Assembly: GCF_006345805.1 (NCBI RefSeq) | Contig: NC_042999.1 | Location: 85,684,001 to 85,748,000, forward strand | DNA length: 64,000 nt | Direction: 5' to 3' | Source of the DNA: Octopus sinensis | Taxonomy: Eukaryota | Shown: positions 61,064 through 64,000 of the stretch, piece by piece | Layout: each line of letters starts with the position of its first letter | Position numbering within the stretch: position 1 is the stretch's first letter | Notes under the pieces: model-generated | What the model saw: the letters and a program-made list of their open reading frames with translations, nothing else | Database searches by the model: none | What the model was told of the DNA's origin: nothing | Program-made: the position numbers and the translations under genes

Positions 61064-62604
61064 AGATGAAGATGTGTCAGGGGCATAGACTCAAGTTACA
61101 GGGAAGTGTATATGAGTGAAGTGGAACAGAGGGTTAGATAGGTGGGTGGGCAGGTATCCAATCCTTTGTATGAAAGTGCAAAAGGAATGTGGTAGATAGA
61201 GGGAAGGAATATAGTGTGAAAACAGTGGAAATGTCTGTAGAAATTTGCCTCAGTAAATTCCATCTGACCCATGTGAGCATAGAAAAGTGAACATCTAAAA
61301 CAATGATAATGTTGACGATGATGATATGTTACAGAAAACAGTAGTGAAGTGGAATGATTTATACAATTCAGTGAATTACCATGGAGCAAAGGCTTAAAAC
61401 GTCTTCCAATATTCTTCCAGCAATCAAAAACTGAGGGTTGTCAGTAACGATGTGAATAAATTAGAACTTCTAATAGACTCATACTCTGACACCAACCATA
61501 GAACCATAGAAACCAAAATCATACAAGAGTTTCAAAATACTAAAATTCTTGGCCCAGAGGATTAAGAATTTCTAGAGGGCATTTACATTAGTGAAGGGAA
61601 TTGGCTTCTTGGTACATCTTTGTTGTTACTCCTGAAACTTCTTGCCAATGTCTTTCTTATTGGCATTAATCACACTGACTGCCCCAATCTAGAAGGACCT
61701 GCTGTGCAGTTATGGGTGTTGCCTCTCTTTCTATTAGATAATACAAAGATCTTAAAATTGTATTGAAATCTATTGGCAGCACAGCACAAATCTTTTCCAG
61801 TTTTCTAAATTGTTGAAGTAAATTTCTAAATTGTTGAAAGTCTTTTCTTGACACAACCAACATTTACTATGTTTTCTGACTTACTTTTGAATATGATTCT
61901 TTTTTCTAATTTATCTTAATGAGATACTACACATTAAAATATTGCACATACACTACCAGCACTCAAGTTAGAATCTTTGGATTTGCTCATGTTTCATTCC
62001 TGACAATTTGCTTTTCAGGCCTTTAATTTTATGGTATAAAAATAATGGGCTTTTCTTTGTAAATGCCAGAATCAAAATACAAAGAAGTCATGCATTTTAA
62101 CTGACCTGTCAAACACTATTCTATCTATAAATGAAACTCAGTATAGCTTTTAACTTTGTTCTTACAGTAGTTATTTAAAATAACCCCTAAAATCTCAAAT
62201 ACATCCTTGGACAAGATCATCTTGATGCCACTACACAGTGTATAACATAGAATCTAACACTACCAACATACAATCAATATCAGATGCAAATGCAACCCAA
62301 ATCTTATAAAACAAATACAAATGTGTATCACATCACAATCAACAATGTTAACATTCTACATGGTATCAAAGTTTTAAAATAAGGAAAGTATTAATTTCAT
62401 TTTCAAGTAGTATATCAAATCAACAGTGAATCCCATGAATCCTAAGTGGTGACCTCAATTTCTCTATCTTGGATGTTACACAAACAATGCTCTCTGTATA
62501 AGCTGCATATACACATAGCATCGAATGGTCATTTATGGAAAAAAAAATATCAAAGTACATAGGCGCAGGTCATTTATGGAAAAGAAAAAAAAAATCAAAG
62601 TACA

Positions 62605-63330
62605 TAGGCACAAGAGTGGCTTACTTACCAACCACATGGTTCTGGGTTCAGTCCCATTGCGTGACACCTTGGGCAAGTGTCTTCTACTATAGCCTCGGGC
62701 CGACCAAAGCCTTGTGAGTGGATTTGGTAGACAGAAACTGAAAGAAGCCCGTCGTATATAAGTATATGTATATATACATGTGTGTGTGTGTTTGTGTTTG
62801 TGCCCCCAACATCACTTGACAACCGATGCTGGTGTGTTTACATCCCTGTAACTTAGCGGTTTGACAAAAGAGACCGATAGAATAAGTATTAGGCTTACAA
62901 AGAATAAGTCCTGGGGTCAATTTGCTCAACTAAAGGCAATGCTCCAGCATGGCCGCAGTCAAATGACTGAAACAAGTAAAAGAGTAAAGAGAATAGGTGC
63001 AAGCATGGCTGTGTAGTAAGAAGCTTACTTCCCAACCACATGGTGCTGGGTTCAGTCCCACTGCATGGTACCTTGGGCAAGTGATTATTTTCTGTAGCCT
63101 TGGGCCAACCAAAGCTTTGTGAGTGGATTTGATAGACAGAAACTGAAAGAAGCTTTTCATATATATGTATATATATCTGTGTGTGTGTGTCTGTGTTTGT
63201 CCCCCCATCACTGTTTGACAACCAGTGTTGGTGTGTTTCCATCCCCGTAACTTAACAGTTCGGCAAAAAAAGTGCTGGGGTTGACACATTCAACTATAAA
63301 TTCTTCAAGGTGGTGCCCTGAAGCAAGTAA
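62605..63330 (+). mobile_element. Two head-to-tail family A SINEs (62605-62992 and 62995-63330)
   Basis: Each matches the 16530 and 32820 copies. Confidence 0.88.
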
Positions 63331-64000
63331 AAGATAGACTCAAAAAATACATAGACAAACAAGATAGAACAGATGTGTTCCCAAAGACAATATATCCAAT
63401 TACCAAGAAAATCTTAGACAAACCAAACAAATATCCTCTCTTAGATAATTCATATGTTCCAAACAAAATCAAGACATAGGCAAACTGTATTTTTCTTTCC
63501 ACACAAGTAAATTTTTGTAATGTAGTGAAGATAACCCCTTATCATATTTGCAGTTTGTAATTGCCAACAAACATTGGTTATATTTGTACCAAAACTGTTC
63601 AAGAAAGAATGAATTAAGTAGTTTCAAAAGTTCTTAAAGTTATTTACAACCCCTATCTATTTATTATTACCTACTTATAACAGTAGCAGTAGTTTCTTTC
63701 TATCAGTAATACCGGATATTGTAAAAATCCTTATCAGCAGTATAATATAGATTAGATAGAAAGGAAAACAATTTTTTAAAAAGGAGAATTAAGAGAAATT
63801 TGTTTTCACAGTTACATTGCTGGAGTTATCTTTGTGGGAGGTTTTATTGTAGGTTGAGAAGGAACTATATAAATGGTGATTTGTCATAGGCTGTGTTCAG
63901 CAAGACTTTTGTGTAGGGAGTTTAATTTATGAGAAGGTTAATAATTGAAGATTGTTTTTGTGTGGAGAATCAAAATCAAAGTGAAATTCGAGCTTGCAAA

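Noticed and set aside
61380-61863. Possible gene fragment (ORF 61666-61863)
   Set aside because: No recognisable motif or splice support; probably decayed repeat sequence.

Overview
AT-rich, repeat-dense eukaryotic DNA, probably an octopus genome (inferred from recalled SINE/RTE families, not from a search). The one well-supported host gene is a complete adenosine deaminase (ADA1-type) on the minus strand. I reconstructed nine coding exons by hand, all with GT-AG sites and matching phases (27+62+123+224+119+72+170+127+93 = 1017 nt, 338 aa). The metal and catalytic motifs HVHLDG, HAGE, GHG and NTDDP are intact. Its first coding exon (MDSNNFPAK plus donor) occurs twice (46030-46056 and 48572-48598) inside a ~410/440-bp duplication that lies in a CpG-retaining, promoter-like domain. 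The ADA introns contain a 186-bp near-perfect inverted repeat and a Penelope-like element whose inverted terminal repeats carry hammerhead-ribozyme motifs, one of them downstream of a tRNA-like head. The rest is transposon material: a young 5'-truncated RTE LINE with an open 936-codon frame, a PHD-type finger and a 5x62-bp 3' UTR array; relics of mariner/Tc1, hAT, Merlin, CR1-like and Penelope-like elements; piggyBac-, hAT-, pogo- and Merlin-type MITEs; several tRNA-derived SINE families; microsatellites; and a 100-N gap. All alignments and identities were counted by eye and no database search was possible.
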